From assembly GCF_009914755.1 (NCBI RefSeq), contig NC_060927.1: 64,000 nt of DNA; one strand, written 5' to 3'. The notes below the pieces were generated by a model. The model was not told the origin of the DNA. It searched no databases and was given only the letters and a program-made list of their open reading frames with translations. Below are positions 1 through 13,992 of this stretch, piece after piece. Source of the stretch: the human T2T-CHM13v2.0 reference genome, Homo sapiens. The translations under genes were made by a program, and so were the position numbers. Position 1 is the stretch's first letter; each line of letters starts with the position of its first letter.

Positions 1-529
1 TCTATTTCCCGTTTCCACAGCTCCTTTACATCATTCCAAACCCCTTTAATAGTCACAACATCTTAGCTTAACAAACAGTGATTTAATGATTTCATCCTTA
101 TACATGAAAATGTGATGTCTTTCATTGAAAGAAAAGAAATTTCATTCACCAAAAGCAAAAATTAGTTTTACTAAAAATAAAAAAATGCAAATCTAAAATT
201 TGAAAAAAATAAAAAATGTCTTCATATCTAAGCCCTCTAAAATAAAATGCTAATCACATAAAGTCTATAAAGCCAACAACTGCATTTAAACTTACATATT
301 ACTCTCAAAACGTGTGTTTCTGTGTTGTCCATCTGCATCTCACTCAACTGAGCTATTTGTCGAAATCAAGATTTCTGAGATGCTTGCCAAAATGCCTGTT
401 ACTGGACTCAATTTTTGGACACAAGGCCTACAAATAGACATATAAACAAAAAACCTTTTCATATAATTAGTATGTACACTAAACTCTTTTAAATGTCTGC
501 TGGTAGACGTGTTGCTTCTGTACTCTACT

Positions 530-1263
530 AAAGGCTTTATACACACTGTCACAGGCTACGCTAAATTTATATTTAAACATTTTTTATTCTTCAATAATAA
601 ATTAACCTTAGCTTACAGTAACTTTTCTATTTTATAAACTTTTTAATTTTTTCTTAACTTTTGGACTCTTTTGTAATAATATGTAGCTTACAACACAAGC
701 AAGTTGTAAAGCTGTACAAATATATTTTCTTTCTTTAAATTTTTATTTTCTTTCCTTATATCTTTTGGCCTACCCCGGGTCAGGATTATCAATATCACTG
801 TCTTCCACCTCCATATCTTGTCCCACTGGAAGGTCTTCAGGAGCAGTAACACACATGGAACTGTCATCTCCTATGATAACAATGCCTTCTTCTGGAATCC
901 CTCCTGAAGAGCCTGCCTGAGGATGCTTTATAGTTAATTAATTTTTTAATATACATAGTAGTAGTACACTGTAAAATAACAATTTAAAGTATAGTATAAT
1001 AAATACATAACTGGTAACATGTATTATCATTATTAAGCAGTATATACTGTATATAATTGTATATGCTCTACTTTTATATGACTGGGAGCACAGCAGGTTT
1101 GTTTTCATCAGCATCTCTAGAAACACATTAGTGCATTGCACTATGGCATTATTGGTGATGTCACTATGTGATAAACATTTTTTCAGCTTCATTATAATCT
1201 TATGGAACCACCACTGAAGATGTGGTCCATCATTGACTAACAAATCTTCAGTGGTTATAACTG
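530..1263. mobile_element. Tigger3-family (TcMar) DNA transposon fragment
   Basis: Characteristic CCCACTGGAAGGTCTTCAGG...CATCTCCTATGATAACAATGCC and terminal TTATAATCTTATGG.ACCACC...TGGTCCATCATTGAC. Confidence 0.75.
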
Positions 1264-1970
1264 CATATAGAAGATTCTAAGCAACACTGGGGCATGACAT
1301 GAGCTGTGTTTCAAGCTTGTACCAACAGAGGGATTCTTCCAAATGTTCCAAGCAGTCATTCCCCAGAGTTGATGATGCTCTCTTGGCTTTGGGCACCCAA
1401 CAAAGTGATGCCCAAAAATGCTCAACATATTTCTTCTTAATAAAGGTTACTTAAACTGATAATCAATAGGCCTTTTTTTTTTTAGCTTTTTAGAGGAATA
1501 TGAACCACATTAATAACTCAGTTTTACATGGTGTCCCAAGTTTGATAAAATTCAATTATATGTATTTTTCATAAGATCATATTTCTCCTTTCAGGATTAG
1601 AATCTCTAACAATACATCCCCCTTCAATCCCCCTTCAGGATGTTGCTCTTGAGGGTGTGGGAGCTGGGCTTTTGTGCTTTGGTGGTAACCAGGCTTAGAG
1701 GAGAATGAAGATGAGTACGTCATGCTTCAGTGCCACTGCTTTTAGTATTTATTGTTTGTGAGCGTGGTTTTGAGAATGTTGCTGGAAGTAAGAGGGAGAC
1801 AGGAAATGGTTATTGAAACAAACAGTAATAAAACAGATCTATCACTGGGACTCTCAGTGTAACAGGCAGTGAAGTAATTTAAGATGTATTTCACTGTTTT
1901 TATTTTTTTTAAGAAAAAAATTTAAGGTGAAAAAATTAAATGGTGTATCTTATTGTACTTTATTTGGTAG

Positions 1971-2300
<330 letters not shown>

Positions 2301-4269
2301 GATATTGCAGACTTCTTTTTAAAAATTACTTTCATTTAATACCAAGGATATGTGTCAGTTTCTGGGGTGGGGCTGACATTTTGATTATGGGTCTACGTCA
2401 TGGTGACTTATTCAAAGTTAGTAATGATGGGTGGAGGAGGGTATGGGGTCCTGTTTCCTTTTGTTCTCTTCCCTAAGGCAGAAATGATACCCATAGTAAC
2501 ATCCAGTCAACCTAATTTCCACACTGAGACAGTTCAATGTCCAGGATACTTGATATTCCTTCATAAAAATATGAAAATGCAAACATGCTTAATTCCTGGG
2601 CAAAATTCTCTTCATAATTCCTTTAATCCTGCAAATGTTACACATTTTCTTCCCTTGGTGCAATATTTGTAAAACTTCCTAAAAGGGATCCACGGATCTT
2701 ATCACTATTGAAGAATAAACAAAAGAGTCACAAATTACTAATCTACCATGAGAAAGGGGAAAAAATCATTAATCATATGGCATCAGAAGATCTCTAATCC
2801 TACAGATGAGAATTTGACCAAGGCATTCCTAGAACAGCTACTTTTTAAGAAGGGTTATCAATCCAGACTTGTTAAATTTCTATACTTTTTAATTTGAATT
2901 GTTATAGATTTTGGAGGCACAAGTGCAGATTCTTACATGCATACATTGCACAGTGGTGATGTCTGGGCTTTTAGTGCACTGAACAAATTTCTGTAGTTAA
3001 GTGTTTACAATTAACTAATTATGAATCAGCTGTCAATTAGCATTCATTGCATAATGTAAAGCCAAATGTCTCCAGTGCAATTCTTCAAATTATGAGAAAC
3101 TTTAACAAATTTCAAGCTAAAGTACAAAAGAGAATATGAATGTCAATATAAAATGAGACTCCAAGTAAAAATAGGGAAAAAGTAGGCAGTATATTTTTAA
3201 GCTTCTTTTGGAAAATAAATTCATGCTGAATAAATTGAAGTGACATTTGGTTTCTCATAATTCCAGCCTGTCCTGATGGCCTCCAAAGTAACAGATTCTT
3301 AAATGTAGCCTTCTTTCTCTAAAACTGACACCTAGCCAGAATTGCCAAGGCAAAAGATTATTTTTAAAGCTGCTCCTATAATATTATTTAGAATCAAATT
3401 ATATAATTATATAGAATTATCAATTAACCCTCCCAATTACCAAAAAGTCAGCAATAAAAATTGGTTGCCTGGCAGTACCTATTTTATTTGTATACAGATT
3501 AGCTGTTCAATCATTAACATTATAAAACATGACAAATGAACCAAAAGATATAATAATACTGAGGGTAAAAAAAACGATGTCAAACTTCCTGAATTTAAAA
3601 TGTCTCCTTGAGCAAGAATCTGCCTCATATACATATCATAGAATCAAAAACGTCTGTCATCCTAAAGATAAGTAAATGTATTGAAAGTAATTTAAACTCT
3701 GTAAAAGGAAATACAAAAACTTAGTAATTTCTGAAGTAGGACTCCTATAGAAAGGCATAAGGAGGAACTATAATAATGCAAAAAATGATATAATCAAATT
3801 ATAGTTATATACTTTCTAGTTACTCTGACCACAGATCTATCCTAACAGAGATAGATAACAAAAATAATGCAAAATCACATCATCCAACTTTTCCTCTAAG
3901 AGCCAAGAGAGGCAGGTAATAACAGAAAAGAAACTGGACACAGTAAATGTGGCTAGCAGTGGATAACCAGTCTAGTCTAGAGCTGAGACCTTTAGTTTAG
4001 CCATATATTGCAATGGATTATACAACAAAAATATATTCTAATTACTACTGGAAAGAGAGGAGGAGGAGAGAGGGGAGAAGAGAGAGTGAAAAAAGGACAA
4101 GAAGAAAAGGAAAAAGAAAGAAAAATCCCTGACAAAAGAAAAGTACAATGTGAAAGATCAATACAATGAAATTAAATCAAATTCTAATCCCAAATCAAAT
4201 CACTACTGCTGCCTTCTTATACACAAAGATGTATAACAGAAAAGCTAATTAAATGTTTCTCATTAAAAT

Positions 4270-4410
4270 TCTTCAGTGTTCAAAGTCTATCAAGTATCGT
4301 CCATCTGCCCCTCCAAATTCACCCCCCCTTTTTTTTTTGCACACCACTCTCTGACTCAAGAAGCTGGTATGTGGGGACTGCATTAGAGTATCCATGCTTT
4401 TCTCTGTAGA
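4270..4410 (+). mobile_element. LTR33-like 5' fragment
   Basis: CTGCCCCTCCAAATTCAC...GGACTGCATTA resembles the start of LTR33 and of the copy at 6500. Confidence 0.5.
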
Positions 4411-4419
4411 CAGCTACTC

Positions 4420-6480
4420 TCTCTGAAAAGCAGTTTTTAGCTTACTAGGTGCTAGCAGAGATTAACAGCCTGCCCATTAAATATTAAGTGACTATTTAAA
4501 CTGCCTGTTTGGAACTGATTATTATCTGTTCTATCAAACAAACCCTCAAAATGAACTTGCAAAATGGAATTCCACTATAAAATGGAAATAGTATATACAA
4601 GACCAGACCAAAGCATGTTTAGAAGGCACAAGTAAACTAAACTACCCAAACAAGTGACTTGAACTCCAAAGTCACTTGTTCCTACTGTTTCCGCCTCTCC
4701 CTTAAACCCACAGGTTTGGTGTCATGGGCAGGTCCCAGTGGCCAGGAAGTTAAGAAGGAAAATGCATGAGCCTGTAGAACAGCTCCATCTGCACAGTATG
4801 CCTGCATAAGCTAGGAGTGAATTGTAAGCCCACTCAGTGACAGCCTCTCCAATGAGCAGAACTAGGTTGTACATGTGGTTTTCCACTTTGGAATAAAAAG
4901 TAACTAGAAGTACAGTTCTACATTGACTTATGAGCTAGTAAGTGCAAGTTCTGGCAAACAGGGCATAATCTTGGGAAGAAAGTAACTTAGAAATCAGTGA
5001 CAGGTATTGACCTCTAGGAAGAAGTACAGAGTAGGATGATATTCATGCCCATATAAATACCCATCATAGAACACACAGGCAGGAGTGGCCTCTTAGACAT
5101 CAGATGAACACTGATGGTCAATTCAGTGGATGTCAGTCAGCCAGTTTCCCCAGCCAATACATGCTTTGCTTATGTACAAAGCTGCTAGGGTTGCAAGAAT
5201 GGATGCTATCCATGGGTTCATGGTCTTTCCCTCACCATGTTCTTCCCCTCACCATATCTGACTACCATATATGCTAAGCATGCAGCCAACAAAGAGCAGG
5301 ATGCCCCCATAAACCTCAGAATGTTACCATTCTATGGACTGATCAACCAACTGTGTGGGAGCAGGCTGATACCACTGGATACCCCACATGAAGGAAGGGG
5401 AATATTTGTGTCCTCCCAAGAAGAAATACTTATTCTGGGTGTAGATTTGTCTTTGTTGCCTACAGTGTTTCCAATGCCATCAACAGACTTAACTTATCCT
5501 TTGTCAATTGCTGTGTTACATGACACAACAGGGCCTGTGACCAGAGGGCATACTATATAGATGATGAGCTTACACTCAAGTAATTCACTGGTATTACTAT
5601 GTGCTCCATCACCCAGAAACAGATGGCTTTATAAAATGGTAGAAGAGTCTGCTGAAGTCTCAATTATAATGATATTGGGTAGGAAACAGCTTGACGGGTT
5701 GAGGTTCTGACCAGTAAGATACAGTATATGCTTCAAACTAGCAGCAAATATATAGTGTTATCTCCCCATAGGCAGAATGTGGGTCCAGGAATGAAACAAA
5801 AGAGGTGGGACTAGCCCTTTTCACTGTAATAATTGATAAGCTACTGGAAGAATTTTGCTTCACTCCCCAATTTTAGGCTTGGTGAGTTTGGAAGTCCTCA
5901 TGTTCAAAGTGGGGAATTCTTCCACCAAGGAACATGATCATATTTTCAGTTAATTGAAAGCTAACACTACTGTGTGGCCATTTTGTGTTCTTCATGTCAC
6001 TGAAGCGTGGAAAGAAAAAAAGCAAATTGGGTGGCAGTTTCACAACAGAAGCCAGGAGGACTGCTGAGAATCAGAAAATATACCAGAAAGCCTTCTAGTT
6101 TCAGTAAAGGAAAACTGCAGCAACCTAATAAAAACACAGCCGAAGACTGAGATCCTGTAGGAATGAAACTCTTAAAGGTTAACTTCATAAAGAACCCCGT
6201 GTAGCCAATACGGAGGCAGCTGTGATTACAAACTGAGCCTTGTGACCATCTACAGACATGGAGTCTGTAGCAAATATGTTTATATGACTTAAGCCAGTTA
6301 TTTTCTCTGTTTTGCTGTGCTACCTTATATGAAGAGTACCAGTGGTAGCCAATATGTTATGTTTCAAGTAAGGTATAACCGGTTTTACATCACTTGATGA
6401 TAGGGTAGCTGATGGGACTTTGTGGATTACCTAAGTCAGGATCCCAAACTTTTAACCCTGAAAAAAGGTAATATAGGCTG
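4420..6480 (+). mobile_element. Decayed ERVL-class pol (RNase H-integrase) internal sequence
   Basis: Residual peptides KWK*YIQDQTKACLEGTSKL (~4580) and IHWYYYVLHHPETDGFIKW*KSLLKSQL (~5583) match ERVL pol motifs (IIKWKWYIRD..GTSKL; IHWSYHVPHHPEAAGLIERWNGLLKSQL). Confidence 0.8.
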
Positions 6481-6499
6481 AGAGGCAAAGTAGAAAGGC

Positions 6500-7350
6500 T
6501 GTACCATACATCTTTAATTTTACATCTTTAATTCCAACATCCTATACCATTTTCTGCCCTGGGAACCCAACCTCTATGGACTGTATCACAGACCTCTGGC
6601 CTGAGCAGGGTTTGGCCATTTGAAAGGTCCAGGAAGAGATCATGGAGAAGTGGAGTAGATCACGACACTTATTCTCCAGGTCCCTCCCTGCAATTGAGTT
6701 GACTATGTCCCCTGAACTAAGATCACTGCTACTATCAAAATGGATGACTGTACATGATTTTCTTGTTTCACATTAGGTGAATGGCTCCTTCTTTTATTCC
6801 TTCAGGCCTACAGGTATTAGCAACTCAAAAGCTAAGCCACTGGAATTATCCACTATGGATTCCCTATTACCATATCTTTACAAATACTCACTTTATAAAT
6901 TAATACTCCTTAGATGATAACATTTTGATTGTCATTTGCCTCCTGTTGAAGCCTGATATGGTTTGGATTTGTGTACCCACCCAAATCTCATGTCAAATTG
7001 TAATAATACCTAATGTTGGAGGAGGGGCCTGGTGGAAGGCGACTGGATCACAGGGGCAGATTCCCCCTTCCTGGTCTCATGATAGTGAGTTCTCATGAGA
7101 TCTGGTTGTTTTAAAAGTGTGTAATACTTCTCCTTTCACCCTCTTCCTCCTGCTCCAACCATGTAACACATGCCTCCTTCCTCTTCACCTTCCGCCATGA
7201 ATGTAACTTTCCTGAGACCTCCCCAGCCATGCTTCCTGTACAGACTGCAGAACCATGAGCCAATTAAACTTCTTTTATTTACAAGTTACTCAGTTTCAGG
7301 TATTTCTTTATAGTAGTGTGAGAACATACTAATACAAAACCCTACATACA
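6500..7350 (+). mobile_element. LTR33 (ERVL) 3' LTR, interrupted near its end by MSTA
   Basis: CTGCCCTGGGA..ACCTCTATGGACTGTATCA, GGGTTTGGCCA, CCTTCAGGCCTA; terminal remnant at 7337-7350. Confidence 0.7.
6954..7336 (+). mobile_element. MSTA-type MaLR solo LTR
   Basis: TGATATGGTTTGG...CTAATACA termini; 5-bp TSD AAGCC/AAACC. Confidence 0.88.
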
Positions 7351-7929
7351 TAAGTCTAAAATCTCTTCTTAATTCCCAAAAAAACACTAATTTTTGTTTC
7401 TAATTATTATACAAAAACTATTGTAATGGGAAAAACAAAAACAAAACAATAACAAACAAAAACTTCAGACAATGATTACATCACCATGAAGACAATTGTC
7501 TGCTTTGTTTATTCCTATAGCCCAGCACCTAACACAATGTCTGACATATACTAAGCATTAAAATATAGTTGTTAAATCAACGAATATACATAACACTATG
7601 AGAATTACATTAAGCCACGTCAAAAAATAAAATGAAATAGAAAGGCTGCTATTAATCAAGATGACTGTCCCTCAAAAATATGATATACTAGACTATAATA
7701 CAGCATATTTTATATTAGGCAAACATATGCAGCAAGTCCACATCCGACTAAAATCCCAGATTCACATATATTAAAAAATTCCAAATAAGTGTGGTCTTTG
7801 TCCTTACAATCTATGAGATTTATGCATTTAAATCTGCAAGCTATAAATATTGAAATCCAAGCTATAGTACTGTCCCTATATCTAACTAAATGATAACCCG
7901 GGCCCAGGTCACTTAAATTTTTTCCTATT

Positions 7930-9325
7930 GTTCATTCCAAAAACTTTGAAGTCACCCTTGATTCTTCTCTTTCTCTCACATCCAATCCACCAGGAAGTGC
8001 TTTTGACTCAGCTTTCATAACAGAATCAGAATGAATTCAATTTTATAATTTCTTACCATCACTCCTAAGATACTGATTCAAGTCACCATCATCTCTCATT
8101 TGGATCACATAATAGCCATAACTAGTCGTCCTGTTTACATCCTTGCCTCCTACAATCTATTTTCAATATAGTCACCCAGAGTAATCATTTTAAGTCATAA
8201 GTTCATGTCATTTGTCTTCTCAAAACGCTTCAGTGGCTCCCCATGTCACTCACAGTAAAAGCTAACCAAAGTCTTTACAGCAATCTACAAGTATTTGTGG
8301 TGTCATCTGATCCTTCCTCCCTTATCTTTCTTAATGTCCTTTCTTACTGCTCTGTCCCTAGCTCATTCTGTCCCATACAAACTCTTCTATTTGCTGTTTC
8401 CTGAATACTCTAGGCCAGGGGTCCCCACCGGTCCATGGCCTGTTAGGAATTGTGTCGCACAGCAGGAGGTGAATGGCAAAAATAAACACAAAGAAGCTTC
8501 ATCTGTATTTATAGCCACTCCCCATTGCTTGCATTACTGCCTGAGCTCCACCTCCTGTCAGATCAGCGGTGGCATTAGATTCCCATAGCAGAATCTAACA
8601 GGGTTCACATAGAACCCTACTGTGAACTGCACATGCAAGGGATCTAAGTTGCGTGTTCCCATGAGAATCTAATGCCTGATGATCTGTCACTGTCTCCCAT
8701 CACCCCCAGACAGGATCATCTAGTTGCAGGAAAACAAGCTCAGGGCTCCCACCAATTCTACATTATGGTGAGTTGTATAATTATTTCATTATATATTACA
8801 ATGTAATAAAATAGAAATAAAGTGCACAAAAAAAATGTAATGCACTTGAATCATCCCAAAACAATCCCCTGCCCCCCATTCATGGAAAAATTGTCTTCCA
8901 CAAAACCAGTCGCTGGTGCCAAAGTTTGGGGACCCCTGCTCTTGGCAAACCCCTGTGTAGAGGCTTTTGCACTGGCCATTTCTTAGGTCTGGTACACTCT
9001 TCCACCAGACAGTGCATGACTAATTCCCCTGCAGGTCTTTCCACAAATGTCAGCTTCTCAATAGTTCCTAACCTGAAATACGCCTATTTAAAACTGCCCC
9101 TCCACACTCAATTCCCGTTTTTATTATATTCTTCTATGTTTTCTTTTTGCCATGGCATTTATCATCCAATATTTGTGATGTTTATTGTGTATCGCCTGTC
9201 TCCTGCTGCTGGAAAGTAAGCTCCTCAAATGTATGAGCTTTATAGTCTCCTTGTTCACACCTATATTCCAATTATCTACAACAGTACCTGGCTCATAGTA
9301 AATACTCAATAAATTGCTGGCATGG
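7930..9325 (+). mobile_element. L2 3' region, interrupted by MER1A
   Basis: L2-typical GTCACCCTTGATTCTTCTCTTTCTCTCAC and 3' end GTACCTGGCTCATAGTAAATACTCAATAAAT. Confidence 0.75.
8416..8938 (+). mobile_element. MER1A (hAT-Charlie)
   Basis: TIRs CAGGGGTCCCC / GGGGACCCCTG; 8-bp TSD CTCTAGGC/CTCTTGGC. Confidence 0.9.
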
Positions 9326-9929
9326 ATTCTGTTTCTACACTTGAACAAAAGGTGAGAGTTGTACAAATTTGCCTTTCCTATCTATATAAGTACTTATTTT
9401 CTGAAGCCATCTATTATTTTGCTAAATACAAACAAGATTTTATTTGATTAAGAGCATTAGGTATAATCAATCATAAACAACTTGAAGGCAAAAACTCTGG
9501 TTTATTTCTAAAGTTTTCCAAAATAACTTTTATTCTTACTTTTATATATAAAGCATTAAACTACAGAGTTGTATTTGTAAATGTTATGTTAACTTTTACA
9601 TATGAAAGTATGTGTGTAAAATAAATACACTAAATTTCCTAAATGTATTTTCCAGTTGAAAAACTTCAATTAAAAAAATCTCCATTCAAAAATGAAGCTC
9701 AAGTCAAAACGCTACAGAGAAATTTGTATTTTAGAGGTCTGATACTGTGTAAGTTGTTCAAAGCAAGTACCTTCTTTTCAAATTACTATCAAGTTCTTTG
9801 TTTTCCTTATTTAATTAAACACAAGTCATTTGGGGAAAAAAACCTATAGACTCAATAGTGTTGAATCAATATTTGAACACAGTATTAAATTAAGTTTTGC
9901 AAGATTACCAACTTTAAAGCACAGAGTTT

Positions 9930-12050
9930 ATCATCCAACATCTGGCACGTGTGAGTCCTACTAAACCACCTACTTGCTACTTCCTGATCATCAGATTCAA
10001 AAGCATGTTTGCTTTAGGGTACTAGTTTGAGATGTTTTCTACATATCTAGATGGTCAAGGTCTCCATGAGCCATATTATGATGAGATCAGAAGACTTTTA
10101 TCACCCTGCCCTAAAACAATGAAGGTGTTCAGTTCTTCTCACTAGCTGAAGACAATGTGCCTCTAATCTAACTGGCACAGCAAGAAAAAAAAGATGCCGT
10201 ATCAGTTGTGGCATTCCAGGTGCAAAGGACTACAGGAGTCACCCACTTTCTGTAGTTTTAGTTACCTGAGGTCAATGTGGTACAAAAATATTAAATGGAA
10301 AATTCCAGAAGTAAACATTCATAAGTTTTAAACTGTGTGTCATTGAGAATAGTGTGATGAAATCTCACACTGTCCCAGCTCCATCTCACCTGGGATCTGA
10401 ATCATCCCTTTATCTGATGTATCTACACTGTCTATTTTACCTGCCACTTAGTCATTTAGTAGCTATCTCAGTTATCAGATCAAATAAATAGTATATGTAG
10501 GGTTCAGTACTATCTGCAGTTTCAGGCATCCACTTGGGGGCCTTGGAACATATCCCCCATGGACATGGGGTGACAAATGTATACTGATACTACATTTTGG
10601 AAAGCAAAGCAACTAAGAGTCACTCTCTGATTAGGATTATGTTACTCCATATTTGATCTCCAAGATCCATTCATCCAATCAGCAAATCAAAAAGAGATGT
10701 TATATTCTCCACTGAGATTGAAGTCTTTGAAGGTAGCCCTGCTCTGTGCAATGTTTGTAGGGATGTAGCACTGCTTAAAGTTTTGTCTTTTGTTAGTGAA
10801 GGGCAGTTTCAGGGGCTTCCACTTAGTCTTCCTAAATAGTCCTCACTCCACAAGGGGTCAATGTGAAAATTCTGCCAATTTCCAGGCTTGATGCAATCAT
10901 GCATTCAGGAAGTGGGAAAATCACAGGACTAGTCAGCCAAGCCACTGGACCCATGGCGATGCGGATGCAGCTGGAAGTCAATTTTCCAGGCGACTTCCAT
11001 AAGCCTTGACTCGAACTGATATGCCAGAGTGGCACTGCGGTCCCCCCAGGGATTAATCCAGGACCCATTTTTATTAATTTTCAAAAGTCTGGGCTTTTTC
11101 CCAGTAAACAGCAAGTCCCTTTAGGAAAGCCTTGGAAGATTTAAAGTGTACATTTGTGGTAGTATTTCATGTCCTTTCTCAAGGGAAATCAGTCTCACCT
11201 TCAATCAAGGGGCTCCAAAGGGCTCCTATTATCAGTAGCAAATGTCAAGTTTCTACTCCACACAGCTAGAATTTCCCCAGTTATAGAGATCAAGTAAAAA
11301 TATGTTAAATGGCCAATTTATTGTATGCTTAAGGACATTATAACCAATTAGCCACGACCACTAAAGGCTGCATTTCAAAACACTGACTGCCACTCCACAT
11401 CTAAGCCTACTATGAAAATGATAGCTACCTTATCCATGAAGCCAAAGCACTGCCAAAAAAGCCCTTTGCCACTCCAGAGCCCCGTGATCCCCACTGAAAT
11501 CAATTCTAGCTCAATGGCAGCATATCCCAGTAAGATTTCCCAGCTGAGAGATACCATACAGGTCTGCTCCCCTCACCAAGACATTTCTCAATTCTTAATC
11601 ATGGGTATGTCCTCTGGAATCTCAGAAGGGTTGGAGTGAGGAGGTACAGGAGAGGACTGCATATAATAAATGTATTGTGCCATTTCACTTTCCTCCTACC
11701 TGCACAGCTAGAAACGTTAAGGGATCTCAACCACATTGAAATGTTGGCCATTGCTGAACCCAAGTTTGAATCAAATAACCAGGCAAATTGCTGGAGCCAT
11801 TTCCAGGTGCTGAAGTTAACACATTAAATCCAGACTCCTGTTAACAACACTCCTATACATAAATTTGGCTCCATCTGAATTAAGTACACACATATTTGTA
11901 TGTTGCATCCTCCTTAGTCTACTTAGAATTCAACCCCACAAGTTACTTCCAGATTGCTGCTAATACAAATTAGCCTGCTACCTGATATGTCAATTATCCC
12001 CGTGAAAGACTGGGATCTGGCTCAGTTTTAAACCGGAAGGAAATGAGAGG
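9930..12050 (-). mobile_element. Decayed ERVL-class gag-pro-RT internal sequence, interrupted by MER44A
   Basis: Minus-strand remnants: gag-like PEDIP; protease-like LIPGG..GPV...PVIFPLPECMI...TPCGVRTI..K.KWKPL; RT-like KQCYIP..ATFKD..GSWR and FVFS..LNTFIVLGQG. Confidence 0.8.
10232..10579 (+). mobile_element. MER44A (TcMar-Tigger)
   Basis: AAAATATTAAATGGAAAATTCCAGAA core, CAGGCATCCAC.GGGGG.CTTGGAAC end, TA flanks. Confidence 0.8.
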
Positions 12051-12359
12051 TAAATGTACAGTTAAAGCACTAAGAGAATAGTATCCCTTTGGCTACAGGG
12101 CTTCCTAAATATCTCCAGCCTCTGATTTATTCCTTCTTAATCTTAATATCTGGCAACCTCTCAAATCAGAATTTTTAACATTTACACAACCACCACCCCA
12201 ACTAAGCTATTAAACCACCCATCTAGAGTACTGCCTCTCAACGACTTGAAAATGTAATTGTTACATACCATTCACCCAAGGAAACTGTAATTAAAACATG
12301 AAGCCAATAAAATGTTATAAACAGATTTACCTTTTTAGAAAACTCATTCTTGTAACTCT

Positions 12360-12655
12360 ATGCAGAATGGAAGAAAGAGGATGGAGTAGTAGAAGCAGGA
12401 AGGCTGGTATTAAGTTGTATCAGACATTGGTGGCTTTGGACTAAGAAGCTAGCAGTAAAGATGTACAGAATAGCAAAATTCAATAGGACATAAATGATGG
12501 ATTGGTTGGACAGGTGAGGAGGAGAAAGAGATAATAATAACAGATTTCTCCTGAGTAGAAATAATGCCATTAACTAAGAGAGAGATGGTAATCTCCACGT
12601 GTAAATCAGAAGGCCAGAGAAATGGTCTGGGGTATAGATATAAATTTTGAAGTAA
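12360..12655 (-). mobile_element. L2 fragment
   Basis: Degenerate antisense L2 motifs (GGTGGCTTTGGACTA, GGTCTGGGGTATAGATATAAATTT). Confidence 0.5.
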
Positions 12656-12885
12656 ATGAATATTTATATATATATTTATATAAATATATATATTCATGTA
12701 CTTCAAAATAAATATTTATATAAATATATATTTATATATATTTATATATATTTTTATATATATTTATATAAATATATATTTATATATTTATATATATTTT
12801 TATATATATTTATATAAATATATTTTTATATATTTATATAAATATATATATTCATTTACTTCAAAATTATATATATATAAAAATT
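12643..12885. repeat. AT-rich low-complexity tract with inverted arms
   Basis: (TA)-rich block flanked by AATTTTGAAGTAAATGAATAT and its reverse complement. Confidence 0.9.
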
Positions 12886-12903
12886 TCATATTGATATTTA
12901 AAG

Positions 12904-13992
12904 CAATACTACTCAAATGTGTGCCACAGACCACTGCTGAGTCGCCAACTGTTTGTCACTGGTCCATGATAACATAAGTACTGAAATTGAGAGTAAGCAT
13001 TTAGAGACTTTTATAGCAGTTTTACAGAGAATTTTTGTATGTGTTGAATCTAATTTAAAAACTGGTACTTTTATGTCTTCTTTTTTTAAGTTAATTTTTC
13101 TAGTAACTCATTTTTGTTGAATTTTATGTATCAGTCTCTCGTAGATTAAAAATGTGTGTTTTTTATTTTTTTATTTTTGTTTATTATTATACTTTAAGTT
13201 TTAGGGTACATGTGCACAATGCGCAGGTTAGTTACATATGTATACATGTGACATGCTGGTGCGCTGCACCCACTAACTCGTCATCTAGCATTAGGTATAT
13301 CTCCCACTGCTATTCCTCCCCCCTTCCCCCACCCCAAAACAGTCCCCAGAGTGTGATGTTCCCCCTCCTGTGTCCATGTGTTCTCATTGTTCAATTCCCA
13401 CCTGTGAGTGAGAATATGCAGTGTTTGGTTTCTTGTTCTTGCGATAGTTTACTGAGAATGATGATTTCCAGTTTCATCCATGTCCCTACAAAGGACATGA
13501 ACTCATCATTTTTTATGGCTGCATAGTATTCCATGGTGTATATGTGCCACATTTTCTTAATCCAGTCTATCATTGTTGGACATTTGGGTTGGTTCCAAGT
13601 CTTTGCTACTGTGAATAGTGCCGCAATAAACATACGTGTGCATGTGTCTTTATAGCAGCATGATTTATAGTCCTTTGGGTATATACCCAGTAATGGGATG
13701 GCTGGGTCAAATGGTATTTCTAGTTCTAGATCCCTGAGGAATCGCCACACTGACTTCCACAATGGTTGAACTAGTTTACAGTCCCACCAACAGTGTAAAA
13801 GTGTTCCTATTTCTCCACATCCTCTCCAGCACCTGTTGTTTCCTGACTTTTTAATGACTGCCATTCTAACAGGCGTGAGATGGTATCTCATTGTGGTTTT
13901 GATTTGCATTTCTCTGATGGCCAGTGATGGTGAGCAAAAAATGTGTGTTTTTTTTTTAAAAAAAAAGACTCTTCACAGGTTGGAAGGCACTG
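12904..13992 (+). mobile_element. Charlie18a-like hAT MITE, interrupted by L1PA2
   Basis: CAATACTACTCAAA...GGAAGGCACTG termini; 8-bp TSD ATTTAAAG/ACTTAAAG. Confidence 0.7.
13165..13935 (-). mobile_element. 5'-truncated young L1 (L1PA2-like)
   Basis: ORF2p C-terminus (13391-13909, [17 protein letters not shown]...) and 3' UTR with GAG rather than the Ta ACA diagnostic; TSD AAAAATGTGTGTTTTT at 13148 and 13937. Confidence 0.93.

Noticed and set aside
13391-13909. 172-aa ORF
   Set aside because: L1 ORF2p C-terminus of a truncated L1PA2, not a host gene
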